A DNA stretch of 63,887 nt, counting the filler, from Basidiobolus ranarum (taxonomy: Eukaryota): assembly GCA_040143965.1 (NCBI GenBank). It is 5 parts of 5 records of this genome, joined end to end, with 100 filler letters (N's around TTAATTAATTAA, not from the genome) between each part and the next. Parts side by side here need not be neighbours in the genome. Positions count along the whole stretch, not along the records: positions 38,457 to 51,147 come from JASJQH010007403.1; positions 51,248 to 63,887 come from JASJQH010007404.1; 3 more parts are not named here. One strand, given 5' to 3'. How positions within the stretch are numbered: the stretch's first letter is position 1; each line of letters starts with the position of its first letter. The notes under the pieces were generated by a model. The model saw nothing but the letters and a program-made list of their open reading frames with translations, had not been told where the DNA came from and did no database searches. Made by a program: the position numbers and the translations under genes. Below are positions 50,846 to 63,584 of this stretch, one piece after another.

Positions 50846-51837
50846 ATTGAACGACCTTTCTTTGGATATCTCTAGTAAGGAGAGGTATGGAATATAGGAA
50901 CCTATTTACAACCAAGTTCAATCGCTTGTAAATCTTGAATGAGCCTCTATGGGAGTGAGAAATCAAGCAGCCACTGTTACCGAAGTCTCGGAGCAGAGAA
51001 TATTCCGTCGTTTTCAATTCTCTCCTCTTTTAAGAGTGCTTTGCGTTCCTGTTCTGCCGATGCCTCTGAGAAGCAATGATTCGTCAAGTTCGATGGTAAA
51101 AATAGCAGCTACGGAGGTAACTAGGATTTGTGTTTATGTCAGGTGTGNNNNNNNNNNNNNNNNNNNNNNNNNNNNNNNNNNNNNNNNNNNNTTAATTAAT
51201 TAANNNNNNNNNNNNNNNNNNNNNNNNNNNNNNNNNNNNNNNNNNNNTTGTTGGAGGAGATGTTAGGGATATCGACTGCAGGATCAGTGATGATGACTGA
51301 GGGGGATCTACCAGATGGGAATAATGGCAAGTAAAGCACAAAGGATCATGGATCTCAGTTTTAGGGTCGAAGTTCCGGATGTGTGAAGTAAGAAACTGCG
51401 ATAAGATCACAATAACACTATCCGATTCGATGTTACTGTTTAGAATTTTGGACACTAGTCTTAAATCTGTTGGTACAAAGCCCTAAGTTCCAATTTCCTA
51501 GACTAATGCCTGATCGTACAACCAGTTTTCAAAATCGATTCTCTACTCTAATACTATTGCTGAGCGGGAGTTGTGTTGGTGCCAATCAGAATGTACTCAT
51601 CCAAATCAGGATTGCCAGCTTGAACGACTACGGTTGCATTTCATTGTCAACTATCGCATATAGGATTTCCGTACAATATAGCATAAACAATGATAAACAA
51701 TACAAGTTAAATCTACCCAATCAAGGTGGTATGATTTATTACAAGACATAAAACTGATATAGATTAGTTGAATATATATCACCAATAAGGTACCAACTAT
51801 TTACAACTGAATTCAATCAGCAATAGGACCTTTACAT

Positions 51838-53428
51838 TCAATCGGCTAACATGATAGATTTGTATTCAGTAAAGAAGTTGATTGCATGTTCTCCGCCTTC
51901 ACGACCTAAACCAGAAATTTTAACACCACCAAACGGCATACCCAAATCACGTACCATCCAGGTATTTACCCATACATTACCAGTTTGAAGCTTCTCTGCA
52001 ACTCTGCGAGCACGCTGGCCATCGCGAGACCAAACTGTGGCACTTAGGCCATACCTAGTACCATTAGCAAGTTTGATAACTTCCTCTTCTTCATCAAATG
52101 GACAGAGGGCTACCACAGGACCAAAGATTTCTTCTTGCATAATTCGAGATTGAGGACTTAAGCCAGTAATAACAGTGGGTTGGATGAAGTACCCTCCCTC
52201 AAAGTCGGAACCTTTAATAGTTGCCGGCTTATCAGTGCCTCCGCACTCGATCTTGCCACCCTCTTCTTCAGCTAGTTTAATATATCCAAGAATCTTTTCG
52301 TATTGGACAAGATTTACGACTGGACCCATGAAAGTTTTTTTGTCGCTAGGATCTCCAACGATTAATTTCTTGGTTTCTTCGATGAAAAGTTGCAGAAATT
52401 CATCATAAATGGAGCGATGGATAAACACCCGCGAGTTGCAAAGGCAGATTTCTCCCTGATTAAGGAAGGAGGATTTAACAGAAACTGGAATGCAACTTTT
52501 TAAATCGACATCTTCAAAAATAATATTGGCATTCTTGCCACCAAGTTCCAAAGCAACTTTCTTGAACCCTTTACTGGCAGCCTGATTAATTTTATTACCA
52601 GTTTTACAGCCTCCGGTGAAAGAGATAGCCGCGATTCCCGGGTGTCCAGTCAAGGCTGAGCCAGTGAGATTCCCAGTACCAAAAACCATGTTACAAACAC
52701 CATCAGGAAGACCGGCCTCTTTCATAATAGCACAAAGCACTATTTGATAAAAGTCAAATGTATTAGTAATATTATCAAAACCTACGTTCTACTCAGTGAC
52801 ACACTTACTATTAGCGGTAACACTTGTAACCTCACTAGGCTTGCAAACAGCTGTGCAACCAGAAGCCAGACATGGTGCAATTTTCCAAACTAACAAATAA
52901 AGTGGAAAATTCCACGGGCTAATAAGAGCACAAACACCAACCGGCATCCTTTGCGTGTAACTTAAGCTGATACCATCCATTCGCTTTGCAGTTTCATTGC
53001 TATGAAGAATCAAAGTAGCGAAGTAGCGAAATACAATAACAGATTCACGAGCATCGGCATTTATAGCAAGAGAAGCAGGCTTTCCTTGATCTTTTGACTC
53101 AGCGATTCCGAATTCTTCGATCTTTGATTCCAATAAGTCGGCAATTTTGAGAAGGATTTTTGAACGCTCTTCACGAGGCTTGCTGGACCAAATCGGAAAT
53201 GCTTTAGAGGCTGAATCGACGGCAATATTGACATCTTCTAAACCAGAGTCGGCCACTTGAGAGTAGACCTAATTCATTTATTAGTACTTGTAATTCATTC
53301 ACGCAGAAAGATATATTGATTACCTTGCCCGTACTGGGATTAAAATTATCAATATAGTTACCAGTGATTGGAGCTACATACTCTCCGTTGATGAAATTGT
53401 TGATTTGGAAGAAGTCGTTATGGGGCAT
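51838..53428 (-). CDS. Aldehyde dehydrogenase (ALDH8A1 / 2-aminomuconate semialdehyde dehydrogenase-like), 3 exons
   Basis: NFINGEY, ISPWNFP, WKIAPCLA, KPSE, SFTGG, LELGGKN, NQGEICLC, EEIFGPV and PFGGVK motifs; two short introns near 53.3 and 52.8 kb. Confidence 0.92.
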
Positions 53429-54241
53429 TGTTTCGATTTGAGAATCAAATGGGTATTTGTTGAGATGAAATCAACCCATCCGTGCATTTTTAAAGACTTT
53501 CCAATTCAACATCATTGGTAGACCTTACATTCAACATACCCCCACTGCCTCCCTCGTAATCAAGCCATTCTATCACAGATTCAGCACTAGAATTACTTCA
53601 CCCTTATGCTGTTGATATGAGAGGGCAGAAACAACACCATCTGAAACAACAATCCTTCAACGTACTGTACAAAACGAAAGTGCACCATGATTTGCTTATA
53701 TATACTTACATACACGATACAATCTTCGATTTATTCCGCTCCAGCCTTATTAATGTTACACGTGATTTTGAATGCATTCCCACGATAGCATCCATGTTGA
53801 CAATAGGTGTTGACAGTAAATTGAGTGAGCTTCTGAGGATTGTTACCATTTTCTATCTCGCGTCAAGGGTGCACATAGATATAACATGAATGCTTGATGA
53901 GTGGATAAAATTGCTGAGTGGATAGAAGAAAGAACTCCGGATTTTAACGCTGTCAGGTTCATTTTTCTGTATTTCAAATACATTAACTGTTATTTGTAAT
54001 CATCTGGATTGGGCATCAAGCAACGATTGCTGGTTGATGATACCATGTGTGTAACATCAAGAATTTTGCTTGTAGCACTTGCTCTGGTTTAAAGGCCATC
54101 TACGCCTTTTTCGAGTGCATATTTAAATGGCCTGGGTGAATGAATGGGTCAGCTTGTCTGCCTTTTCCTCTTGTATAGATCCTCTTTTTTGATTGTGAGG
54201 GGTTTTCCATCAAGTTGCCTTTACCTTTACTGAATGCTATC

Positions 54242-55315
54242 ATGTCACTATTTCTTGATCGATTTTATGTAGCCATTTTAGCATCTGTGGCAACATCATG
54301 CTTTATCAACATTAGGATTTTACTCGCTCGACGAACATTACTTCGCACCAAAGCTGGAGTGGCTCATCTATTTTCGAACCTGTTGGGCATCATTGCAGGA
54401 CTTATTCTGTCCATTAATGAAACCACTGGCCTGAATAATGCCACGCCATATACATGTCAACTTCAACTGGCATTTGGTTGCGCTTTTTTTCATAGCGCGA
54501 AACTGCTGAATCATATCATTTTGTTCTGGAGATGCGAAGTAATAACCCATCAACATTGGGGAGTTCGAATTAGTTTCGCTTGTTTACTGTTATGCAAAGC
54601 AGCCGCAGTAAGCTCACACTGCGCTCTAATGAGACCATTTTATGATGTGTTGGCGCACCTATGTTTAGATACCTTCGAGCCAATTTCCACCACTGCCACT
54701 TTTGGTTTGGATATGGCCACTGATGCAACACTAACAGGGCTGTTTATGATCAAGATTTTTCAACACGTCTCGCAGATACGCAAAATTCAGCGACCACTCC
54801 CGGCAAACCATTCCATTGAAGCCTCGTCACAATCCTATATTTCAGAACAAGATATATCAATGCATCACTTATTTAAAGAATATCTATACCAGGCCGTACC
54901 TACCTTGATATTTTCTTTCACTCTTAACGCAATAATCGTTTCCAATATATTTCAAGACTATACTTTAATTGTTGTATATACCGACTTAATTATTCAACTC
55001 CGACTGGCCAATGATCTGCTAGTACTAAATCGCCTGTCAGTTGGCGCCAACAATATCCATACTATCAATGATCCACAAACAAATGAGCTTAGAGGTGCCT
55101 ACGACGCAGAGACACCTGTATCAAATCCTAATCTCCAGTATAAGGTGCACTTTGATGAAGATATCAACTTGAACAAAAAGGCCCTAGTAGGAAATGTGAA
55201 TCTGAATGAGGACTCTATAGAAAGTTATGAATTGAACAAACAAAGTCAATCTTCTACAGACCGCCAAAACTGCGCCATATCACGAAGAACCGAGCAGACA
55301 TTCCCCTCTGCTTGA
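54242..55315 (+). CDS. Multi-pass membrane protein (7TM/GPCR-like), intronless
   Basis: About 7 hydrophobic segments, Cys at the start of TM3 and in the following extracellular loop, and a polar C-terminal tail. Confidence 0.7.
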   Translation: MSLFLDRFYVAILASVATSCFINIRILLARRTLLRTKAGVAHLFSNLLGIIAGLILSINETTGLNNATPYTCQLQLAFGCAFFHSAKLLNHIILFWRCEVITHQHWGVRISFACLLLCKAAAVSSHCALMRPFYDVLAHLCLDTFEPISTTATFGLDMATDATLTGLFMIKIFQHVSQIRKIQRPLPANHSIEASSQSYISEQDISMHHLFKEYLYQAVPTLIFSFTLNAIIVSNIFQDYTLIVVYTDLIIQLRLANDLLVLNRLSVGANNIHTINDPQTNELRGAYDAETPVSNPNLQYKVHFDEDINLNKKALVGNVNLNEDSIESYELNKQSQSSTDRQNCAISRRTEQTFPSA

Positions 55316-56134
55316 TCGCCACCACCATTTAAACGAGAGACTAAAATAGACGAGGAAACGATAGAGGTCACTGAGGTACAACGAACGATTCACAAAAATT
55401 TCACAACACTAGTGAAAACTCTGCCGAAGGAATCCGATTCTTCTACAGAATAAGCCTTCAATTAAAACTCTTGTTCGGAATGGCGTATACTTTCCATCAG
55501 GTTTCCATGTTGATTGTTGTAAGATGGCTCATGATGTCTTGGAAAACCTATACTGGACGAACCATTTACAATCGTGTAATTTTGTAGATTTAAAAATGTT
55601 ACTATGTTCCATAATTCACTTGAAAATAAACCTCTTTATTTGTTAGTTTCAGTAAGTGACAATACATATCTATTCTACTTGAAATAACTTTATCACTAAC
55701 AGAGTTTGGGTTTTAAAATCTCATTGCTCTATTCACCAAGCTTTATCACTGGCGTATTATACTGTGAAACACTTCATTCTTCATACATAATATATTTCTT
55801 TGACTCAATAAGTGAAATAATATCAGCGAAGTTTAGCAGTAACTTATTCAGACAGATAAGAATGCAAGAACCAATGAATCATATATATACAATGAAAATA
55901 AGCATAGTTAAGATTATTACGAATTAGGACTACAATGCTGTTATCTTGATAGATATGACTTATCAAAAGCAATAGATAATCGTACACAATTTTGGCTACT
56001 TTCAGTCCCCTGTAATATTGAATGCGTACCCTGAGATAATTTTTTTTTCTCTTGTCAAAAAGTATAAAAGAGAATTCAAATTGTTAGTAGGAACCCAATT
56101 TGCCCATTTTCCACTATAAAATTCTACAAGTACA

Positions 56135-56782
56135 ATGAAGGACTACCAAAAGAAGTTTATCGAGTTGGCCATTGAGCTCGAGGTTCTCAAATTCGGTGAA
56201 TTCACATTAAAATCTGGTCGTATTAGTCCATATTTTTTCAATGCAGGTCTCTTCAACACCGGCAGAGCCTTGGCTAAAATTGGGCAATTCTACGCCGCAG
56301 CTTTGGAGGAATCTGGTTTAGCTTATGATGTCTTGTTTGGTCCCGCTTACAAGGGTATCCCATTAGCTTCCACTACTGCAGTTGCTTTAGCTGATAAATT
56401 TGATAAAGATGTCCCATACTCTTTCAACCGCAAAGAGAAGAAGGATCACGGTGAGGGTGGAACTATTGTTGGTTCTAAGTTGGCCGGAAAAGTACTTATT
56501 CTTGATGACGTGATTACTGCCGGTACTGCTATTCGTGAGTCCCTGGAGATCATTCGTCAAAACGGGGCTACCCCAGCTGGTGTTATCATTGCATTGGATC
56601 GTCAAGAACGTGGTACTGGCGAACTATCTGCCGTTCAGGAGGTAGAGAAAAGCGAGAACATTCCAGTGATTAATATTGTTACTTTGGATCAAATTGTAGA
56701 ATATTTAATGGAAAAGGGAGGATTCAGTGAGTCTGTTGAAGCTATGAAAGCTTATCGTGAAAAATATGGCATTAAACATTAA
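56135..56782 (+). CDS. URA5: Orotate phosphoribosyltransferase
   Basis: [37 protein letters not shown] and [12 protein letters not shown] motifs. Confidence 0.98.
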   Translation: MKDYQKKFIELAIELEVLKFGEFTLKSGRISPYFFNAGLFNTGRALAKIGQFYAAALEESGLAYDVLFGPAYKGIPLASTTAVALADKFDKDVPYSFNRKEKKDHGEGGTIVGSKLAGKVLILDDVITAGTAIRESLEIIRQNGATPAGVIIALDRQERGTGELSAVQEVEKSENIPVINIVTLDQIVEYLMEKGGFSESVEAMKAYREKYGIKH

Positions 56783-57059
56783 ATTCACTATTTAAAATTT
56801 GTAAATTACTCATTATTTCACATGTGGTTCAATATTCTTGTTTTCACTCACTTGTAAATCTCACCTACATTCTTAATAAACCTGTTCATTTGATTTTGTT
56901 CCACGTTCTTTTTATCTTTGATTATTGTGAGTTCCGTACCCCACATTATATAAACCTTGCACGGGCAAAAAAACACGGGATTGCATTGAAAATTAGAAGT
57001 CACAAGTATAAAAGTTTCCCGTCACACCATTCCTGTCAACTAAGATTTATCGTGGACTC

Positions 57060-57581
57060 ATGTTGATCAAATCATTCCTTATTTTGTTCAGTTATCTGTT
57101 GGCTTCAACTTATGGATACGTCAGTAGGCTGCCTGATTCCGAAGAAAACACCGTATTCTTGCATGATTCAGAAGATACATTTTTAGAACAAACCTCCTTT
57201 ACCGATGAATTTTTACCACCTAGAGAGGAGGATCATTGTAGAGAAGAACATTTAGAGATAGGGCCTATATGTCCACTTTTGGCTGAGAGATTCCCACACT
57301 TCAACGGCTGTTGTCAATATCATATCATGTGCTATAGCTCCTGTTCTTCACGGACGAGCAAAGAGGAGTGTGATATTGGATTTAGTCAATGTCTACAGAA
57401 GGAATGTGTTAATAGCCTAGACTCACCAAATTGGCTAGATCAACGCAGGTGCATTGCTGGTTGGGCGTGGAGTGGTAATAGTATGCGTGAATTTGAAGTA
57501 AGCAAAGCAAGTGATTTCACTTGTAGTGCATTTGACAGTTTCAGAAGAAAATGCGATTTTTTCTTCGATGTACCTATATGA
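57060..57581 (+). CDS. Secreted group XII phospholipase A2-like protein
   Basis: Signal peptide; FNGCCQYHIMCYSSC...KEECDIGFSQCLQKEC matches the PLA2G12 pattern CCxxHDxCYxxC...CDxxFxxCLxxxC. Confidence 0.72.
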   Translation: MLIKSFLILFSYLLASTYGYVSRLPDSEENTVFLHDSEDTFLEQTSFTDEFLPPREEDHCREEHLEIGPICPLLAERFPHFNGCCQYHIMCYSSCSSRTSKEECDIGFSQCLQKECVNSLDSPNWLDQRRCIAGWAWSGNSMREFEVSKASDFTCSAFDSFRRKCDFFFDVPI

Positions 57582-57880
57582 TATATTCACCAAGAATTTT
57601 GCATGCATTTATCAATAACAATCATCAAAGTTTTTCTCATATTTTTTTGAACGTTCATTCTTTTGTTGAGATTGTCTTTATTGGAAGTAAAAATGATCCT
57701 AAATATTATTACTATCCTAACCCATTTTGGCTTGCATGCAAGAGCAACCAAAGCAGTCACATAGTGAATGTATAATGATTGGGATAAACGAATATATGTA
57801 TTAAAAGAGTTACTCTAGTGTATGGCAATATAAGTCAAAGCACTAAATGAAAATTGAGAGTCGAGAAAAACTTCCATGAA

Positions 57881-59480
57881 CTAGTTCACGACCTCATATA
57901 TCAATGAAGCCATCTTGTATCTGATGAAAAAAGATATAGCTGAAGCTATGATCTGAATATATAAAACATATATCACCAATTGGCGCTCATGTAAAGGCCC
58001 CAGTTTACACAGGAGAAGATTTAAGAGAGTAAAATTGTTGACTCGAATCGGTGTTCCTTCTTCATTTCGTTCGATACGAATCAATCCAAAAATCTCATAA
58101 ATATGAAGAAAACGCTTTCCTATGGGTGAAATCGTGTTTAGCTCGGTAAAGGTAGCTTCTAATTTCCCTGAATGCCGGTTCAACCTTGATGAGGGATCAA
58201 TAGGTTAGTTTTGTATGTAACCATACAAAATAAATGATTAATCAATTACTTTGGCATCCGATGTCTTGGACAGTCAATAAAATGGAATAGTTGCGGGGCG
58301 GAGTAAATGAAATTGAAGATTTGGGGAATAAAAAACAATAGAATTGTTTTTGTGAAATGTCCCATCACTGAGACTACAGCTAAAGTCATACCAGCAAAAT
58401 AGCAGTACGTGTCACCAACAAAAACTCGAGCAGGGCACCTTTATCGATATTAGCATTCGTTCTTTGTAGTATACGTTCTGTGTGTAACATACCAATTGTG
58501 TATAAATAGGGCTAAGGATACTCCAATAAAAGGAAGCAGAAAGTAAAGGGAAACAAGATGCGCTTCTAATGCTGGAATATCTGTTCCATCCAAGTACAAT
58601 GAATCATTGATAACCACTGAAATGGCAATGATTAAGCTTTGGCCAACTTCTACCCCATTAACACCTGCTAGAATATTAATTGAATTCGTACAGAACACAG
58701 CGAGCATAGCCATATACAGATAATAAAATATCCCTAAAATATTCAAGAAGATTAATATCACAGCTCGTCTTGGCTAAGAAAAATAGTGATGTTGGGCTAC
58801 CAAGATCAATCAAAGGCCCGAATATTCCACGTAAAGGCAAGGGCACCATTACAGTGGTGAGGCCTCCAGATATATAATATACAACAAGTAAAGGGATGGA
58901 AGCGACAGTCGGTAAAATAAGCTTGTACCGCCAGCGAATATCAAGAACGTCGTCACCAAATCCTAACATAACCATACTTTGTATAGTTAGAATTCCAGAT
59001 AGGAAGGAACCCAGCTTAAATAGAAGATTTAATAAAATTCATCGTTCTACAGATATTTGTATAATTACCTTGTGATATGGAAATGTATGGAGCGAGAGTC
59101 TTCCTCTTTCCGACAAGACACCCGGAAACCAGTCGACAAATGGGAATGGAATAAAGATTATGAGTGTAATCAAATAAACCATGGCACAAACAACACCCAT
59201 ACTTTCAGGTCTATTGAATAAGTATTGAGTAAGCGATACAATTACTAATATGTGATGGTTCTTTGGAAAATGGCGCTTACAATAGTGGTTTACCCTTCTT
59301 GCACATGTCTTTTCCTGACAGACCTGCTTTCAGGAAAGTTGGACTTAAGCGAGGAATGAGTTCCCAGGTAATTAGGCCCGCAAGTACTGATAGGCCAAGC
59401 GAGGCATGAAGTGGATCGCTCGAAGTGCACGCGACAAACCCGATTCCGGCTAGAACAAATAAGGTCCGAAGTGTCGGCAT
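57881..59480 (-). CDS. ALG7: UDP-GlcNAc:dolichyl-phosphate GlcNAc-1-phosphate transferase, multi-exon
   Basis: GLSGKDM..., [60 protein letters not shown] and NNFTLLNL motifs. Confidence 0.95.
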
Positions 59481-59747
59481 TTATTTTTAACTTTAGAAAA
59501 ACACGACAGACTCAAGCTTCTGTCTCGTTACAAGGTATATCTGGGCTTCAAAGTATCGCCCACGGTAATACTTTCAATTACTTGTAGTACTATCATTGGC
59601 CATAACTGGTAATCTCGAAGTTGAGATAAATATCTATCAAAGGCCCATTCACGTGACCATCAAGGATGGACTTCATACATGTCACCATTGCTATAGCTAA
59701 TTTACGATCATTGTGCTTAGTTTAATTATATAGTACCAACAACCAAA

Positions 59748-60742
59748 ATGCTGTCCTTAGACGAGGAATTAGATAATAAAACTCATTTTTACTAATAACC
59801 AACACCCTATGTTTCGTTATTTATATTCGCCTTCTCATTTGCCGAGACTAAAGCTAGCATTTAGAGGAAGTAGAGCTCCTATAGTTCAAGCATCTCATAT
59901 TTCTTCTCGGTTGGTGTTCTTTTTTTGCCGCATTGTATATTAGCTTCTAACTTTTACTCTCAGGACAACTTGGAGTGATGAAGAAATCAAATTGTTACTG
60001 AAATTTTATGGAGCAGGTATTAAAACCCCTGAAGATAATAACCGCATCGATGGCCGTATTTGGCGAGATATTTCAGCTTTACTCGAACAAGAAGGGATTC
60101 ATAGATTGGCTTCACAATGTAAAAGTAAATGGAGAAGGTTACGGATCCACTATGAGGTTAGAAGTTAATTCGTTATCTTTCGTAAGCATGCTAAAAATTA
60201 ATGTTCTTATTCCTATCACTCTTCATAATACCTAGAAAGCAAAAGAATCAGGAATAGAGGCAGAGGATCCATATCATGATCAATTAAAGCAAATATTGGA
60301 ATCTTCAACATTCGAAGAACAAACTAATTCACAAACAAATGATGACCCGATATTTTCTAGTGATTCAGAAAATCAAAGCTCTAACTTTGAATCCTCCTCT
60401 TCAGTATCCGAAGACACACATATTCCTACAGAGATATTCAAGCAGTCTACAGGATCATATTTTCACGAAGCAGTTCCAGTCACGGAGCATGATTTGACTA
60501 ATTCGGATGCCGAAAGAAATAATAGATCATTTTTATCTACCGACAATCATGGCAGATATGGAATTCCACATAAGCTAGTCGAATTATTGCGTAGTCAGCT
60601 TGAGTTTCAAAACCTGATGTATCGAAATATTGTCGAAGAATTACAGACAAGTCGTCGCGAAGAGCATCAACTACGGAAAGAGCTTCTTGCAGCCCTTAAA
60701 CAAGTCAATATAACAAAAGCCCCAGCCACCAAATCCAAGTAA
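59748..60742 (+). CDS. Myb/SANT-like (trihelix GT-1 type) DNA-binding protein, 3 exons
   Basis: Exon from 59964: WSDEEIKLLL...IWRDISALLEQEGIHRLASQCKSKWRRLRIHYE, spliced to KAKESG...PYHDQLKQIL and a C-terminal coiled coil. The first exon is tentative. Confidence 0.78.
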
Positions 60743-61128
60743 AATTCCATAGAAATCAATCAGAACAGATATCCTATTCAACTATCAACTCTCATTCCCA
60801 CTCCATTTTCATCTCACTTGACTTCAAATGTGCTTGAAGACAATTCGTCGACACTTTTGAGGTTATATTTATGCTGACGTCTCCCAATAAACCGAACCTG
60901 TTTATTCTCTAAATACGATACTGAGTTCTTCTCTTATATCAACATATTTTTGCTTCACTCATAGAAGGTTTTTTATGGCTCAATATATAATTCCTCGTTT
61001 CTTGAGATATTATACAACACGCTTGAATCCGGAACTCGAGCTCTAGGTAAGAATCAACTGGTAACTATACGGTATTTATTTCAATTTATAACAATAAAGA
61101 CATATACAGCGCATTCTGGCTTTTAAGT

Positions 61129-62607
61129 TTATACATTCCGTTTGAATGCCAAAACGACTCTACCCTGCTGCGAATACATCGATATATTAGAATCGGCGTT
61201 ATCTTCACGAAAAACCCCATTTTTAGCGGTGGTGGTGTTGGTAAAAAAGTCAATATATCGGCTACCGAAAACGTAGGCATGTCCACGTTTGGTAAATAAA
61301 CTGAATGGCCCACGAAAAGTGTCCGTCTGTAACAACAAATAGATCAGCAAATCTTAGAGAGAATTATCAGGTGAAAGGGAAAACTAACCACACGGGCAGT
61401 AACATTTCCAACCGAAGTGCCAAGGGAGATGTCGGGAGTTGAATGGGCTGGGACTCGAAGCCGGCAGTCGATATGGCCTTGATTTGATATGGCACTGTAC
61501 ATTTGATCAATACTAAAAGTACCGGTGATATCACCAATGGAGGTTTGCAAATTGATGTGTGATCCCCGTACATCCTTCAAGATATGATCGCATTACTACT
61601 AGCTCAAACAGTCCTCAACTAAAATGATCAAATACCTTGAATGTGATCGTTCCCTCATCCACTTTTACATTGAGCTTATCAAACTGAGAATGCGTTAAAG
61701 CAGAGCCATTAACCGTTCCCGTTGCCAATAGAATATCAAGATTATTTAAACTTAATTGGCTAGCAGGGAGCACGATTTGGATTGTAGCGGTTGCGTGGAC
61801 ATCGGCACCATTGCTCTGTAATCAATCAGATTAGAAGAAGAAAAAAGCACCACTTAATTCAAATATCTACATTTAGTGCGAGAATGTATCGATCCTCTTC
61901 TGTCGTCTGTTTAAAGTGAAGGTTACGGGAATCATCGGTAAATATGGCGGAAGTGATGTGAATGGATTTGGTATCTTCGCTTCCATTTGTTAAGATTTGA
62001 ATGTTGGTTATCTGATAGTAAATAAATAGAATGAGTTGTGGAGTTCTCGAAGATATGTTAAATTTATCCATACAGCGGCTGTCGTATTAACAATGACGGA
62101 AAGTGTATTGTACGCTTCGGTGTCAACCATAAAATTGCTTTCACCTTCAAATGGAAAATCTGGTGTTTCTCTCCCTTTTGGAAGCTTGTGTGGTAAATGA
62201 GAACTCCACTACAAACATTATAAAATGAATGAGTTTAAGGTTAAGTAGGTAGAGTAGGCGAATATAGATACCTCGTAGCCTTGCCATAATAGAAAGAGAC
62301 TAAACAGGAATCCTACATATAATTTCCAAGAAAAAGCTACTTGCTCTGTACTGAGAGGACTCCACACTAATACATATCAGTAATATGCTTAGCAATAATT
62401 CAATTCGTTTACTCATTGAATGTGGGAGAAATACCTGTTCCATCGGGGTTTCTCAGTACACCTTCTGAGTCGCGGGTTATGGTTCCATAGTCGGAGCGAT
62501 TCTCTGTTGTATTTAACAAAAACAGTTAAATGAGTTCTACTAGTGCGAGTTTCATAAAAATGTTTACCTGTACCTCCATTGATGGGTACATAAGATTGTT
62601 CGGACAT
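61129..62607 (-). CDS. Type II membrane protein with DUF4097/adhesin-like beta repeats, multi-exon
   Basis: N-terminal TM exon, then repeats such as LQTSIGDITG, ISNQGHID, GTSVGNVTAR and YSQQGRVVL; several GT-AG introns. Confidence 0.68.
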
Positions 62608-63584
62608 TACGTTTATTGAATGCTTTTACAAAGGAAGGGATTTAAATCAACCAAAGAAGAGCATGAAGGTGTTGGTGAAGTTACAAATATAAAGCATAGG
62701 TTGTCTTAGATGATTTAAACTATTTCAATATTGACCAAACTCAGCAATCAGCTACACATCAAATATTCCGATATGTGGGGATAGCATTATATCCATTTTT
62801 CTATTCGACAGAATTACTGTAGTCTAGCAACGTTATGCTGACTATTGGAGTGAGAACTTCAAACCAGCACATGAGCTTACTGGGTCTATATATAGAATAG
62901 ACTTCCTACTTTGTGATAGAGTAATATCCATGTTTTACTCAGAATCTCTGAAACTAGTATTTTCAACCATCAAGGAATTATTAGATACATTTTCAACTTC
63001 TCATGTGGAAAATCAAAGCTTAGTGTTTGGCCGGCTATCCACTGAGCAACGCCATGCTCAATGCCCATAGTATCATAACAGAGTTTACTAATCCTAGTGC
63101 CACATAGAGCATTCTGGGCTAAGTTAGTAACCTTTATATCACCTTCATATCACTCTTCATATCACCAGAAATACTGGAGTTAGCTACCTAAATAATCATT
63201 TGATATAGATTTATTGATTATTGAGGTCGAAATCATTGAATAGTTTCAAGCCTCGGAACGTGTAGGAAACGTGTAGAAATGATAATATTTCCAAACAACT
63301 CCAAAACTCTCCAAACATTCTTCCCAACCTCCATAATATTCTAGACACTCTGGTTTCTACTAACTACATCTTTAACATAAGCTTTAAATTCTTCTTTTCA
63401 ATTTAATAAAACAATCGCAAATCACATATTACTTCCAAGCATCCTAGACACTTCAAAGAAACATACTAAATTCTATTTTCCCTGCCTCCTGCAACAAATG
63501 ATGACATGTAACTTAAAATTGCAAAAATATGATTGACAGAAATCTTAAATATTTTGTAATCAATTCTATAAACAATGAAGATAC

